Of a DNA stretch of 64,000 nt, positions 51,401-62,931 are shown in pieces (the stretch's first letter is position 1; the number at the start of each line of letters is the position of its first letter). The notes beneath the pieces were generated by a model. The model ran no database searches, was not told where the DNA came from, and worked only from the letters and a program-made list of their open reading frames with translations. The position numbers were made by a program, and so were the translations under genes. The DNA is from Podarcis bocagei (lineage: Eukaryota), in assembly GCA_964188305.1 (NCBI GenBank), contig OZ076900.1; one strand, written 5' to 3'.

Positions 51401-52385
51401 TGAGAAAGGGGAAAATACTCTCCCTACATACTTTTCGACAGCATGCATAATTTTATAAACCTCTAATATGTCCTTCCACTTATTTGCCTTTTTCTTGGAA
51501 TCTTTGCTTGGCCATGGTGTGTTATGTATGGGGGGGGGGGGAGAAGGGGGAATTGCCAGCATGGCACTGTCTACTCTTCAAGATCTCAGGTAAGAATCTT
51601 ACCATGGTGGTTGTTTGAGATTGGTGATGCCTGGAATTGAACCTGGGACCTTCTGCATAGAAAGCATGGGCTCTGTTGCTGAGCTGTAGCTGCCCCCTAA
51701 AGATGGGAATGTGTTACTTTACTCAGATCTCTGTGTTTGATGGCAAGCTGAGAAGCTCACCCGAAAGAGTGTTGCTTGTTTGCTAAGTGCAATTACCTAC
51801 AGTTTGAGCACAAACCTGACAGCCAGTTAAAGCACTTGTTCAGGTTCTTGTAATTACATCCATGCTTTGATTCCAGTTAGATCATTGGTGTCGCATTTAC
51901 AGAGAACACTAAAATAGCTTTTTAATTACCTAGTGAACACTCCCCCAGTCTGTTGCCCACAAAATACTTTGGACCTCAACTCTCATCAGCCATTTCCAGC
52001 ATGCCCAATGGTCAGGAATGATGGGAGCTGTAGTCTAACCATACCTGGAAGCCGTGTTTTTTTCCCCAGGGGACACTCAAGGGTGCACAGTACCCACACC
52101 TCTTTTGTTAGTTGTTAAAAACTGTAACATTTACTGTAACTACTTCATGGTGAGTACCAGCACCTATTTTTCTAGAAAAAAAGCACTGTCTGGAAGGCAC
52201 CTGGTTGTGGGGAAACTGATCAGGGGCGGTGGGGACATATTGGTTTTGGAACCAAATTCAGAATGAAAAACTATGTTGGTTTTAGAAATAACTTTGAAGG
52301 GTCAAAAGCAGTTAAAACACACACACAACCATGCATATAAAGACAGGATTCTATCTAATCATGTTTTTTATTGTTGCTGTTTCAG

Positions 52386-52596
52386 TTTGATTTTGTGAAA
52401 CTGATGGATGGGAAACAGTTAATTAAGCCAGAATCAAGACATTCGGAGGAGTCTCAGCATGCTCCTAGGAATCTGATCTTAATGTCCTTGCAAGAAACTG
52501 GTTTCATAGAATATATGGACCAGGGAACTTGGCACTTGGCATTTTACAATGATGGCAAGAAAATGGAGCAAGTGCAAGTGTTGACAACGGCAATTG
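52386..52596 (+). CDS. TENM1: Teneurin-1 coding exon (~exon 8), extracellular linker domain
   Basis: ctgtttcag| acceptor and G|gtaaga donor; 211 nt; encodes FDFVKLMDGKQLIKPESRHSEESQHAPRNLILMSLQETGFIEYMDQGTWHLAFYNDGKKMEQVQVLTTAI. Confidence 0.96.
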
Positions 52597-53744
52597 GTAA
52601 GACCACTTGGTTTTGTCTTCCTCCTCTTTCTAATGAAGGATTTCATAGATTATTGAGCCATTTCTTGTATTGGACATATATGATGATAATTATTAAATAG
52701 GTTCCTGGATTCTAGGAAGCATGGGATGTTTTGGGGTAGGTCAGTTCTGAAGCATAAACAATACAAGCTGAACTAAATTGGTGGTGAGGGGATTCTCGTT
52801 AAAAGCCACGTTCTGATTTTTCTTGTTGCAATGAGTGGTGAAAATTATTAATTATTATTATTTATTAAACTTACTGATTGCTTTTTTATTTACAAGCTAT
52901 AACACATAGATTAAAACCAGCATAAAACTAAAACAGAGTAACATCTAAAACTCATTCAAATTTCATTTTTTTTAAAGGAAAATAAAATCCTTAAAAATGA
53001 TATTCCTTATGATAAATGTTATAAATCAGGGGTATTCTTCAAGAATATTCTCCATTAAGAACCAATTGGTTGCTTTACAGGATTCATTTCTGTGATTGGC
53101 ACTTTTGCAGAAAGCTGTTTGCATTGTAGGGCAAATCTGTAAATCCCCTAAAAAATTAAACTCATGTTTACAATATGGCACCAGAGTGGTGTGTTTGGTG
53201 ATCTTGAACGCATTTGCTTTTCCAGGTCAAATTCCATCACTGATTGCCCCAAAATGAGGGGGTTTTTTTTGGGGGGGGAGCTAAATCTTACAGAAGTAGG
53301 ATGTTTATCTGAAATATACAAATGACAGACATTGGAATGCTCAATGAAATGTACTATAAAACTCTTATTTTAAACAAAACCATGAAATGAAGAAGAGACA
53401 GGTTTGAAGTGCAATGGGGGTTACTCAATAAATACTTAGAATCTTCAGATGCTTTACACAGTAGGGAATTTAATATGAATTCTCAGTATAAAAACTTCAC
53501 ATTGTATTGCAGAATGAAATACCTATTGTTCTAAACTGTCAAGGCCAAACCTAATACATAATAAGTTGTTTGAACAGATGTTTTATTTCAGGTTGTGTAT
53601 GAATACAGTGAATGTAATTGGTTCCCCACTCATCTGAAGGTTGAGTAATACCACTTGAATGCTTGTGCTGCATGGTTGCCTCTCATTTCAGAAGTGGTTT
53701 GTTCACTTTGTTGTTATGCTTTTCTTTTCTCTTTGTATGAACAG

Positions 53745-53846
53745 AAGTCATGGATGACTGCTCCACTAACTGCAATGGGAATGGAGAATGCATTTCTGGG
53801 CACTGCCACTGTTTTCCAGGATTCCTTGGTCCAGATTGTGCAAGAG
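53745..53846 (+). CDS. TENM1: Teneurin-1 coding exon (~exon 9), EGF-like repeat 1
   Basis: Pyrimidine tract plus gaacag| acceptor and AG|gtaggg donor; 102 nt; encodes [34 protein letters not shown]. This frame is not in the ORF track. Confidence 0.96.
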
Positions 53847-54110
53847 GTAGGGATTTCTCATTTATATATTTGAAGTAGAAGAAAAGACAAATAAATAAAT
53901 ATCAATTTTCTCAGCAATGAAGCAGCTCGGGCTTAGGTGCTGGAGGCGCCACTTCTTCCTGACTCTCAGTCAAGCCTAGATCCATGCAGGTGTTTCTATG
54001 CATTTTCCCCTCCTCCCATGTCGCGTCACATGCAACTAGCTGGACTCATTGGCAGCAGCTCTGTACTTCCTGCCTGATATGCTGTTTCCTCTGTTCCTGT
54101 AGCTCTAGGG

Positions 54111-54347
54111 CATGGGTAGGCAAACTAAGGCCCAGGGGCCAGATCCGGCCCAATCGCCTTCTAAATTCGGCCCGTGGACAGTCTGTGAATCAGTGTGTTT
54201 TTACATGAGTGGACTGTGTCATTTTATTTAAAATGCATCTCTGGGCTATTTGTGGGTTCATTCCCCCCCAAAAAATATAGTCCAGCCCCCCACAAGGTCT
54301 GAGGGACAGTGGACCAGCCCCCTGCTGAAAAAGTTTGCTGACCCCTG
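54111..54347 (-). mobile_element. hAT-Charlie MITE (OC1-like termini)
   Basis: CATGGGTAGGCAAACT...AAGTTTGCTGACCCCTG with perfect 8-bp TSD ctctaggg. Confidence 0.92.
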
Positions 54348-55164
54348 CTCTAGGGGATATGGAGGCAGAAATCCTTCATAATATACCCTTCATGATTTTG
54401 AAGCAAATAGCGGACACTTCAACTTCCACTCATCAGCACCAGATGTTTATCAAACATACATTGAGACAGTAGTGCCTGCATACCAAAAATGGTGGGCTGA
54501 TCTTTCACATGCAAAGGGTACCTCCAAATAATAAATATAAGGAGCACTCCCCAAAGCCAAGCTAAATATCTGATACAGACGCATCATGACCAGACTGTTA
54601 ACAGAGAGAAAAATTATTCCAGTTTATGGAATAACAGAAATGAGAATAAAATGAAAAGATTGGATAGGAAATAGAACGTGAAAAGCTGAAGCAGGTACAC
54701 TAAATGGATAATAAATTTGAGAGCAAAAACAGACGATAAAAGGTTTGAGGGGGCCTTCAACAAGCTGGGCTCTCAGCTCCAAATAGTGTTGCTCCAGAAG
54801 ATTGAGGGCAATTTTCAGTGGCAGGTGGCTCTCAGACCTATCAGCCTGCCATAGGAGTAAGGAGCAGGGCCACCAACTAAGGTGAGCCCTCTTGGGGCTC
54901 CTGCTGCTGCTCAAGAATACCAAGTGTTGGCACCACAAAGTGTGGGGTGGGGGGAGAATCATAGGCTAATAGAATTGTAGAATTGGAAGGGGTTCATCTA
55001 GTCTAAACCCCTTGCAGTGCAGGAATCTCAACACGCAGTTCCTCATCCAATTTAATTTGAAACCATACTGGACCCTGCTTAGCTTTGTAAATGTGCCACC
55101 ACTTTTATTGCGGCACCAAATCCTATATAGATCATTAACACTCAAATATATTTCTCCTCTACAG

Positions 55165-55359
55165 ACTCCTGCCCAGTGTTATGTAGTGGAAATGGAGAAT
55201 ACGAAAAGGGCCACTGCTTGTGTCGCAATGGGTGGAAAGGCCCTGAGTGTGACGTTCCAGAAGAGCAGTGCATTGACCCCACTTGCTTTGGCCATGGAAA
55301 GTGTATCATGGGAATCTGCATTTGTGACCCAGGATATAAAGGAGAGATATGTGAAGAAG
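55165..55359 (+). CDS. TENM1: Teneurin-1 coding exon (~exon 10), EGF-like repeats 2-3
   Basis: ctcctctacag| acceptor and AAG|gtttgt donor; 195 nt; encodes [65 protein letters not shown]. Confidence 0.96.
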
Positions 55360-55395
55360 GTTTGTGCCTCTTCTTTCTCTTACTGGCTTTTCAAT

Positions 55396-55572
55396 GGAGC
55401 TGTAGCTGAGAGGTAGACTACACATGCTTGGCGTGTAGAAGGTCCCAGGTTCAATCCCAAGTATGTCTAAGTGGGGTTGTGAGTACTCTCATCTGGAATC
55501 CTGGAAATCCACTGCCAGCCATTGCAAGCGATACTGTGTAGTCCATTGGTCCAGCTAAGCAAAAGGCAGTGC
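55396..55572 (+). mobile_element. tRNA-headed SINE (Squam2-like), degenerate
   Basis: gtagctgagaggtagac...gaaggtcccaggttcaatccc...cactgccagcc...aaggcag. Confidence 0.7.
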
Positions 55573-55729
55573 CACAGTTTAAAGTTAAGAACACATCACT
55601 CTGCAAATCCAATGCCCACAAAAAATCCTGTTTCCTCTACCACCTCCACCAATAATACTTTATCTTTCAGAGGAATGGCAGAACCTTATTTGTAATGTCA
55701 AAGCCTATTTCTTTGTTACAGAGAGATTA

Positions 55730-56030
55730 CAGTAGTGGTACTGACATAGATCAATTGGACATGTCTTAACAACAGAAGCTTGGAGAAGGATATTAGAAAT
55801 GGCTGATAAATTCTCTTTATGCCTTAACCCTAAAGGAAGCTCAATATAAACTGATGTGCAGATGGTATATGGCCCCTCAAAAGCTGAATGGAATCTACAA
55901 AGTAAACTCAGTTGTTGGAAGTGTGAATTGATAGATACTGATTTTGTGCATACGGCAGTCATGTCCTTAAGTTGGTAGATACCAGGATGTGCACAATCAC
56001 AAGATTTGTTGTGTATCTAACATTTGGAAG
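55730..56030 (+). mobile_element. L1 LINE ORF2 C-terminal (zinc-knuckle) remnant
   Basis: Frameshifted peptide RWYMAPQKL..IY / CWKC.....DFVH...SCP resembles the vertebrate L1 zf-RVT motif. Confidence 0.55.
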
Positions 56031-56442
56031 CAGCCTGATAAGTTTCAGATCTGCTGTGTGTCATTCTAGTTCAATTTATTATTTGGTTCCAAATTTGATC
56101 TGTTAAATCTGAAGCTCTTTTTTTTGCCTCTATTGATCACAATAGGGAATCTGTTTTGAAAAGCTATAACTCCCCCCCCCCTTTTTTTCACACAAGTGGA
56201 TTAAATTATCATGAAAAGTTGCCTTTCTAGAGTGGATAACACCTGCTGAATTTCAGGAAGATGGATTCAGCGATTCTCCCACAAGGGCAAACTGAGGTTA
56301 GGAAAGTTAAAATCATATCCGCTCCACTGTTTTCTTTTTCTGGGAAATCAATTTAAAAACTGGGAAATGGCAGAGGCACCCAGAGTAAGAAAGCTGCCAA
56401 AGTTGAAACAAATAGGTCTAGGGGCATGTTCTGCTATTGATC

Positions 56443-57642
56443 CAGGGCCATCTTTGCCATTCGGCATAGTGGCGTGGTGAGCCAGGGTGCCAAGCTGTGG
56501 AGGGCACCAGGTGCTGCATTTCATTAGTGGAGCCGACGCCAGCGGGCAGGCCCACGCGCGGCCACACCAATCGGCAGCCCCAGCAGGCAGGCCCAGGCAC
56601 ACACAAAGGGAACGCGGAAGAGGGAGCTTGTGAAGATGGGGACGCCCAGGAGCTGCCTCCCTTCTCAGAAATAAAAATAAAACAATGGGGCACCGCCAAG
56701 GAGGTAATCACATTTTAATGGTAGGTCTTTATTTAGGGAGCCTGTCTCAGGCGTGCCTGCCTGAGAGTGAGCCTCCCTGGAGGGCTTCCTTCAAGTAAGA
56801 CACGCAGAGGATCCGCCTCTTCTCCACCAAACACCCAACCCCCCGCCCAAGCATCACCTTTCTACACCAGCTCAAAGTCTGTCAAAGGCGATATTCTGTT
56901 TTTTTACTGGGAATATTTGGGGTGGCTATGCTGGATGGCTGGTTTTTAGAAAGAATAAAAATCATGAATAATATGAATGCATAGAACCGACTGTCTCTTG
57001 GAGAGGAAGAGGTGGGGGAGAGAACAGAGTTTGTGATCCTAGCTGATCACCTTTGGATCTGGAGAATCTTTCAGCCTTCTCTCCCCCACCCCACCCCACC
57101 TTCCCGCTAGAAGAGAGATCTAGGAGAGAAAGAAGCAGAAGAGATAAATTTCTTCAAACTGAGGTTTGAACGGGACATTTAAAGCAGAAGAACGCTCTTT
57201 TGCAGAGGTGAATTTGATAATGCGTTGAGTGAAAATGACCTGGAGGAGGGAGGCAAAGCTTGCCTCCCAACACAGATCCACTGGAGATTTTGTTTGGTGG
57301 CTGAAGCTTCTTCCTCTTCCGATTCTGCCTCCTAGCCCCTCACCTCTGCAAAAGAGCGTTCTTCTGCTTTACATGTCCTGTTCAAACTTCAGTTTGCAGA
57401 AATGAATTTATCCCTTCTGCTTCTTTCTCTCCTAGAACTCTCCGCTAGCGTTTATTTATATGGAAAATAATGGTCAACAAACCAACTAAACTAAACTTTA
57501 AAAAGGTCAACAACTCTGGGGAACCTTTCCTAAAAAAGGTCAACAACTTTGGGGTCCCCCCCCTTAAAAAAGGTTGACAACTCTGGGAAACAGGGGGGGG
57601 GGTCTTTGCCCCATGGCATCGGATATGCTTAAGGCGGGCCTG
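56443..57642. mobile_element. ~1.2-kb non-autonomous hAT-like element
   Basis: Imperfect TIRs cagggccatctt / aaggcgggcctg; flanked by cta(t)tgatc / ctatgatc (8-bp TSD with 1-nt indel); subterminal repeats aaaaggtcaacaactctggg x3 at 57500-57590. Confidence 0.6.
57105..57450. repeat. Inverted repeat, ~107-bp arms (57105-57211 / 57340-57450), 128-bp spacer
   Basis: aaagcagaagaacgctcttttgcagaggtga pairs with tcacctctgcaaaagagcgttcttctgcttt; pairing extends out to cgctag / ctagcg. Confidence 0.92.
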
Positions 57643-58977
57643 CTATGATCTTTCCCTAACCACCTACACCTTGCCTCACTTCCTTCCCCATAGGAATGCT
57701 CCTGACCCTGACTACACATTAGCTTCTTATCCTTCTAGGCTCAAAATGCTTTTCTGGGCCTTGACCTCTACCAGAGCTGACCCCTGGCCCTCCAAATTGA
57801 CACTGTATGGCCCTGACACATAATTATGACCATTGTTCCAGAGGTATGTGTACCACAGAAACAAGAATTCTCAATGGATAGGAAATGAAAGCAGATGAGC
57901 AGCTCCTAACTGCATTTGGAAGCTCACATCATAATTTGGGATCTGATCTATAGCTGCCGCAGGTCTGTTGTGGCACCAACCTGAAGACCCAACTAGATCA
58001 ATAGGACTAGCAGCACAAGTAGTAGAGGTGCCAGGAGCCCCAAGTAACATTTCCTGTGGGGTATGGCTCTCTCTATGCTTAAAGCCTCAAGCTTCCCAAT
58101 GGCTGCTCTGCAATCTTGGCAGTACATACAAGAGCTGACTGATAAACAGTGCATTGGTAGACTCTAGGCCAGAAAATGATCCCTTTAAGTCTCTCCACTC
58201 TTCAGGAAGGGAGAAAAGCATTGGGAAAGGGTAAACTAACCTTAAGGTAAAAGGCACCAGTTACGTTTTGTGGTGTCAGTTGTTTGGAACTATCCTTGAT
58301 GCTGGAATTCCACTCTAACCCCGCTTGCTAACTTGCTACTTGACTAAGTTGTCTGCAGGCATCCGTTGTGCTGTTTGGACTTCTGCTCATAGTCAAGACA
58401 GCACAATAAGCATGGGTTGATGTAAAGTGTGAATTGACCCTTCACCTAATAAAGCTAATCTCATTAAGAGAAATAACATGTGAAATCTGCCCTAAAACAC
58501 ACCTTTTGTTTATACATGTCAGAAGCAAGGAACCTCAGACCCAGGGGCCAAATGTGGTCCTCTAAGATTCTCTATCTAGCCCTTCGGAATCTTTCCACAA
58601 CACACCCTTTGCCTAGTCACATTCCTTCGCCCCTGGCCTCATCCCTCACTGGCCCTGTTTTGCACTCCCTCTTGAGTTTTTGCCTGGCTGGAATGTGTCC
58701 TTAAACTCTGATAATGCCTCTTGGTTCACTGTATAGAGGCTAGGAGGGGTATGTGTGAGTATGCAGAAGCTTTACTGCTTTTCAGGGGTAAATTTACCTC
58801 TGTTGCTCCACCCACCTTTTCCTCTGACCCCACCTACCACTGTCGTGTGGCCCCTGGAAGGTTTCCCAGTAGGAAATGTGGCCCTCAGTTTAAAAAAAAT
58901 GTTTACACTGATTTATGTTCTTAACAGTTTTCTGCTTTCGGTGTTGAATGCTGTTATCTCCTTCCTTTACTCCTCAG

Positions 58978-59178
58978 AGGACTGTTTAGATCCTATGTGT
59001 TCTGGCCATGGAGTCTGTGTTCAAGGGGAATGTCATTGTTCCATGGGTTGGGGAGGAGTCAGCTGTGAAACATCACTCCCTATCTGCCAAGAACAGTGTT
59101 CAGGCCATGGCAGTTTTCTTTTGGATACTGGAGTATGCAACTGTGACCCAAAGTGGACAGGTTCTGACTGCTCAACAG
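58978..59178 (+). CDS. TENM1: Teneurin-1 coding exon (~exon 11), EGF-like repeats 4-5
   Basis: tactcctcag| acceptor and CAG|gtaggt donor; 201 nt; encodes [67 protein letters not shown]. Confidence 0.96.
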
Positions 59179-60905
59179 GTAGGTAGAGAAAATACTCTTC
59201 TAATGATTTGAATTGGTTTCTGAAAAGAATAAAGGCTTGGTGTGTGGAGGGTGTGTGTGTCAAATTTTGTCTCCACTAAAGTTTGGGGTGCCGCAGGATA
59301 CGGTATGAACTAAAACTCAATGTGCTTTGTGAGAAAAGACTTAACCGTAGCTTCAAGCTAGAGGAAGTAAATATTTCCAGAAGAAAACAGAAGACAAGAG
59401 AAGGCGCAGAGCATGATAGAATGAGGATAATGTAGATGGTTTCCCAAGCAATCCAGAGCTGCTTTTTATCCTCACAACTAGGGATGGGGCAGTATTTCCA
59501 AATTCAATTTTCAAATGCTCTTTGGAATACCACACTCCCTTTGAAAAAGAGGAACTTCTTCTTTTTCAAAAAATCACCTGGTGCTTTGATCAGTTACAGA
59601 CACTGGCTGTTGGACATTCTGCAGAAGATGTGTTTGCTATGAAAGTGGCAGAGTGTTACCATTTTAACTTATGAAATGGCTGTCACCATTGCATGCCACA
59701 ACTTTCATAATATTAATCCCTGAGAGTCCTCCATCTTACAGAGGATCTGCTAGCTTGAAGAGTGTTCCCTTCCCCTAGAATAGGAATTAAGAATGGGAAA
59801 TAATTATAATATTGACTGCTTTTAATTAGAAAAGACTCTTCTCTGCTGCTTTTGATTTCATTAAGGAAGTCATGAGAGTAAAACCTAAAACTAATTACCT
59901 ATATGCAAGCAAACTGCATTTTAAAAAAGTTTTTGAAGCCCATTTCCTTGCTGATTTGAGTTGTACTTTTGCCTGTAAACTTTTGCACCTCTCTAATCAA
60001 CTTGTCTGCACTTTATATTGATTTCTAAAGCGGGGGGCGGTCTGTGATTACTATGCTGGATTATAGGCTTTATTCAATGCCCTTTTTTTTGAGAACTTGA
60101 TGTTGTTGTTCCACAATGGCAACATTGACTGAACAGTGTAATAGCAAACTGAGTGTTCCAAAACCAAGTAATGCATCTTACCTTTCACCCTGAAATGCAG
60201 CATTATTTTTACTCAAGCAATACAAAGAAAATATGTGGCCAAACTTACAGTGGTTTATCCACTGAGGGTTTTCCCCTTTCTAAAAAATCAAAGGCACAGT
60301 TCTTCTTCTCTCTGCATGTGGAGAGCAGCATGCAAAAGTATGCACTTCAGGGCTGGCCCACCCATGACGCAAAGTGAGGGAACTGCCTTGGGCAGTGGGA
60401 TTCACAGGGGCAGTAGATCTGGCCTACAAGGATTGCATTGCCTGCTGCAATGGCAGCATGTTGCTGGGAGGTTGGATCTGCTACCTCCTCAGCAGCCCAC
60501 CTACACCCCATTGTCACCTCCACAGTGGCCTCTTGGTGGAGACACTGCTGGTCTCCTTCCACCAGAAGGAAATGGTGGGGACTGCCCGGTGGGATATCCT
60601 GGGCTCAATCACCCATTGTGATTCAGAGCAGGCAACTTTCACCCCCATGATGACCTTTGACTCCCAGTTCAACCATCAGATAAGGTTGATTTGATCCCCC
60701 TCCCCTTGTTCTCGATGTAGATCTTCACTCACTCCTTCTTCCCTGGTGGCAAAATGCCATTTTGTGGTTCACCTCAGCTGCCAAAATGTCTTGGACGTCC
60801 TATGGCACTCTAAATTGTCCCATCTCCCCCATCTAGGGTATTCATATGTTGGCACATAGCAAGGTTGGATGAGGCCATCCACAAGTGAACCACCTCCTAC
60901 AACAT

Positions 60906-61328
60906 TAGGGTTGCCATATTTAAAAGAACAAAAAAGAGGACACATTTGCCAACTTCTACGCGACGGGGTGAGCGCCTGTTGCTCAGTCCCTGCTCCTGCC
61001 AACCTAGCAGTTCGAAAGCACGTCAAAGTGCAAGTAGATAAACAGGCACTGCTCCGGTGGGAAGGTAAACGGCGTTTCCGTGCGCTGCTCTGGTTCACCA
61101 GAAGCAGCTTAGTCATGCTGGCCACATGACCCGAAAGCTGTACGCCGGCTCCCTTGGCCAATAAAGCGAGATGAGTGCCGCAACCCCAGAGTCAGTCACG
61201 GCTGGACCTAATGGTCAAGGGTCCCTTTACCTTTCACTTTTAACTATGGATTGCTATGACAACTCTCATTTTACATACCCATAAAAAAGAGGACATGTCC
61301 TGGAAAAAGTGTACATATGGCAACCCTG
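60906..61328. mobile_element. hAT-like MITE (tagggttgccata / tatggcaaccctg) hosting a Sauria SINE
   Basis: Terminal inverted repeats and subterminal aaaaaagaggaca motifs on both sides of the SINE. Confidence 0.7.
60959..61234 (+). mobile_element. Sauria SINE (Squam1), 5'-truncated
   Basis: cgcgacggggtgagc...gcagttcgaaagcacgtcaaagtgcaagtagataaa...gtccctttaccttt. Confidence 0.92.
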
Positions 61329-62931
61329 TCTACATCAGTGTAGCCCCTCCTGTGCAGGTGAAACATTGGCTAGTTTAGCTGGCAACTGGGGCAGGTAGCA
61401 ACAGTGTTCTGATCAATACCACGTAGCTGAGAGGCAGCATTTTTGTTTTCCACAATTGTGCACTGTGATGGCACTGCAAGGGCCTGCACCATGAGAGTTA
61501 AACTTCACCATTACCACCAAATGGATCTCTTCAGCCCCACCCTAGCAATCATCCAGTCCTTTAACCTCCAGAACATTTTTTTTTAAAGACAGCCTCAACA
61601 AACTTTCTAAACCAAATGAAGTGATAAGGCAGTTAGGCACAGTGTAGGAATAAGGTCTAAGACATATTTAAATCCAAACAAACTCAACTTTTTGCTTGAG
61701 ATGTTTGTAGGGTAACAAGTAGCCATATGGGAGACTGCTAGTGGTTTCCTGTGGGACAAGCAGCAGTCTGTTATTTAAATCACCCTGAAAATGCAATTAA
61801 TTTGGAAATATATTTTATTGAGATATTATTATGCCTAGATTGGTGTGATTTCCCCAGGCTACATCATTTAAGCACACTGGGAGAATTAACTCTCTCTCCT
61901 ACCCCCATATTTATCTAGATTAGATTTCCAAGTATACCCTCAGAATATCTGACCAGTAATTTAAGGCCTGCCTCTACAGATTGTCTGTCTGTATGCAGAT
62001 CAGGCTGGGTTGAAGATATCATGCACTATATTCTGTATTGTCCTCTATTAACACCCCAAGGGGTGGATTACTTTCCTCTTTTCAGAATATTCTAGAAGTA
62101 CAGTCTGACAATTTTAAAATTAAAGAGCTGCTGGCCAATGAAGCTTGTTACCCACATACATGGTAGCTTTGAGAAAGTTGTTGACGCTTTTTGACACAAA
62201 ACCTTGTTGACTGCCAAGGGGACTGTTAACTTTAAATGACACAGGGAACTTTACATGGTAAGTTTTGATCATTTTCATTTCTGAAAAATTATTTTAACTT
62301 TTTATTTTATTTTTATTTATTAAATTTGTCAGCCGCTTGCACAGGGTAACCCAAAGTGATTTACAAACAAACAGGCAGTAATCCTACATAGATGCATTAA
62401 CACCAGGAAGAAAGAGAAATACATTAAAAAATCCCACTCACTTCTAAAAGGCCTCAGATAATTAAAGGCCAAAGGCCTAGTTACGAACGATTTTGTCTGG
62501 TGCCTGAAGGTGTATAATGATGGTGCCAGGCAAGCCTCCTGGATGAATTATTCTGTTTATCTAGCCTTTGTTCAGTAATTGGCATTGGCTAGAAAAATTG
62601 CTAATGACTGATGTTTGGAGAAGATTGGGCTTTATAAATTGCTGATCTTCATTCAAAATAATCTGTTCGAAAGATACAAAAAAATTATGAAGATACTGTT
62701 TAAAAATGTAGAGTTGTGGCCCACGATTTTGTATTTGAACGTGAACCTTTATAAAAGGCCTCTGTAGATAATTTTATGATTTTCTTCATACATAAAATGA
62801 AGATCTGTAACTTAATGCATATTCTGGTTGATGTATCCTCCTTCAGTGTGGGAATTATATCCATCAGAATGGTGAAGTGTTTAGCTTTGGCTTTAGCTTT
62901 ATATATTGTAAATGTAGAAACTTAGTTAATG

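Larger units (their letters stand above)
13351..59178 (+). other. TENM1: Teneurin-1 gene, internal portion (8 coding exons; gene continues beyond both window ends)
   Basis: Eight GT-AG exons splice into one open frame of 514 codons: ...NSNIPLETR|HFLFKHGSG...TM...|AVHLFGLTWQLQP...|[12 protein letters not shown]...|FDFVKLMDGK...|[10 protein letters not shown]...|DSCPVLC...|EDCLDPMC.... The sequence and exon sizes match TENM1 as I recall it, rather than TENM2-4. Confidence 0.96.
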
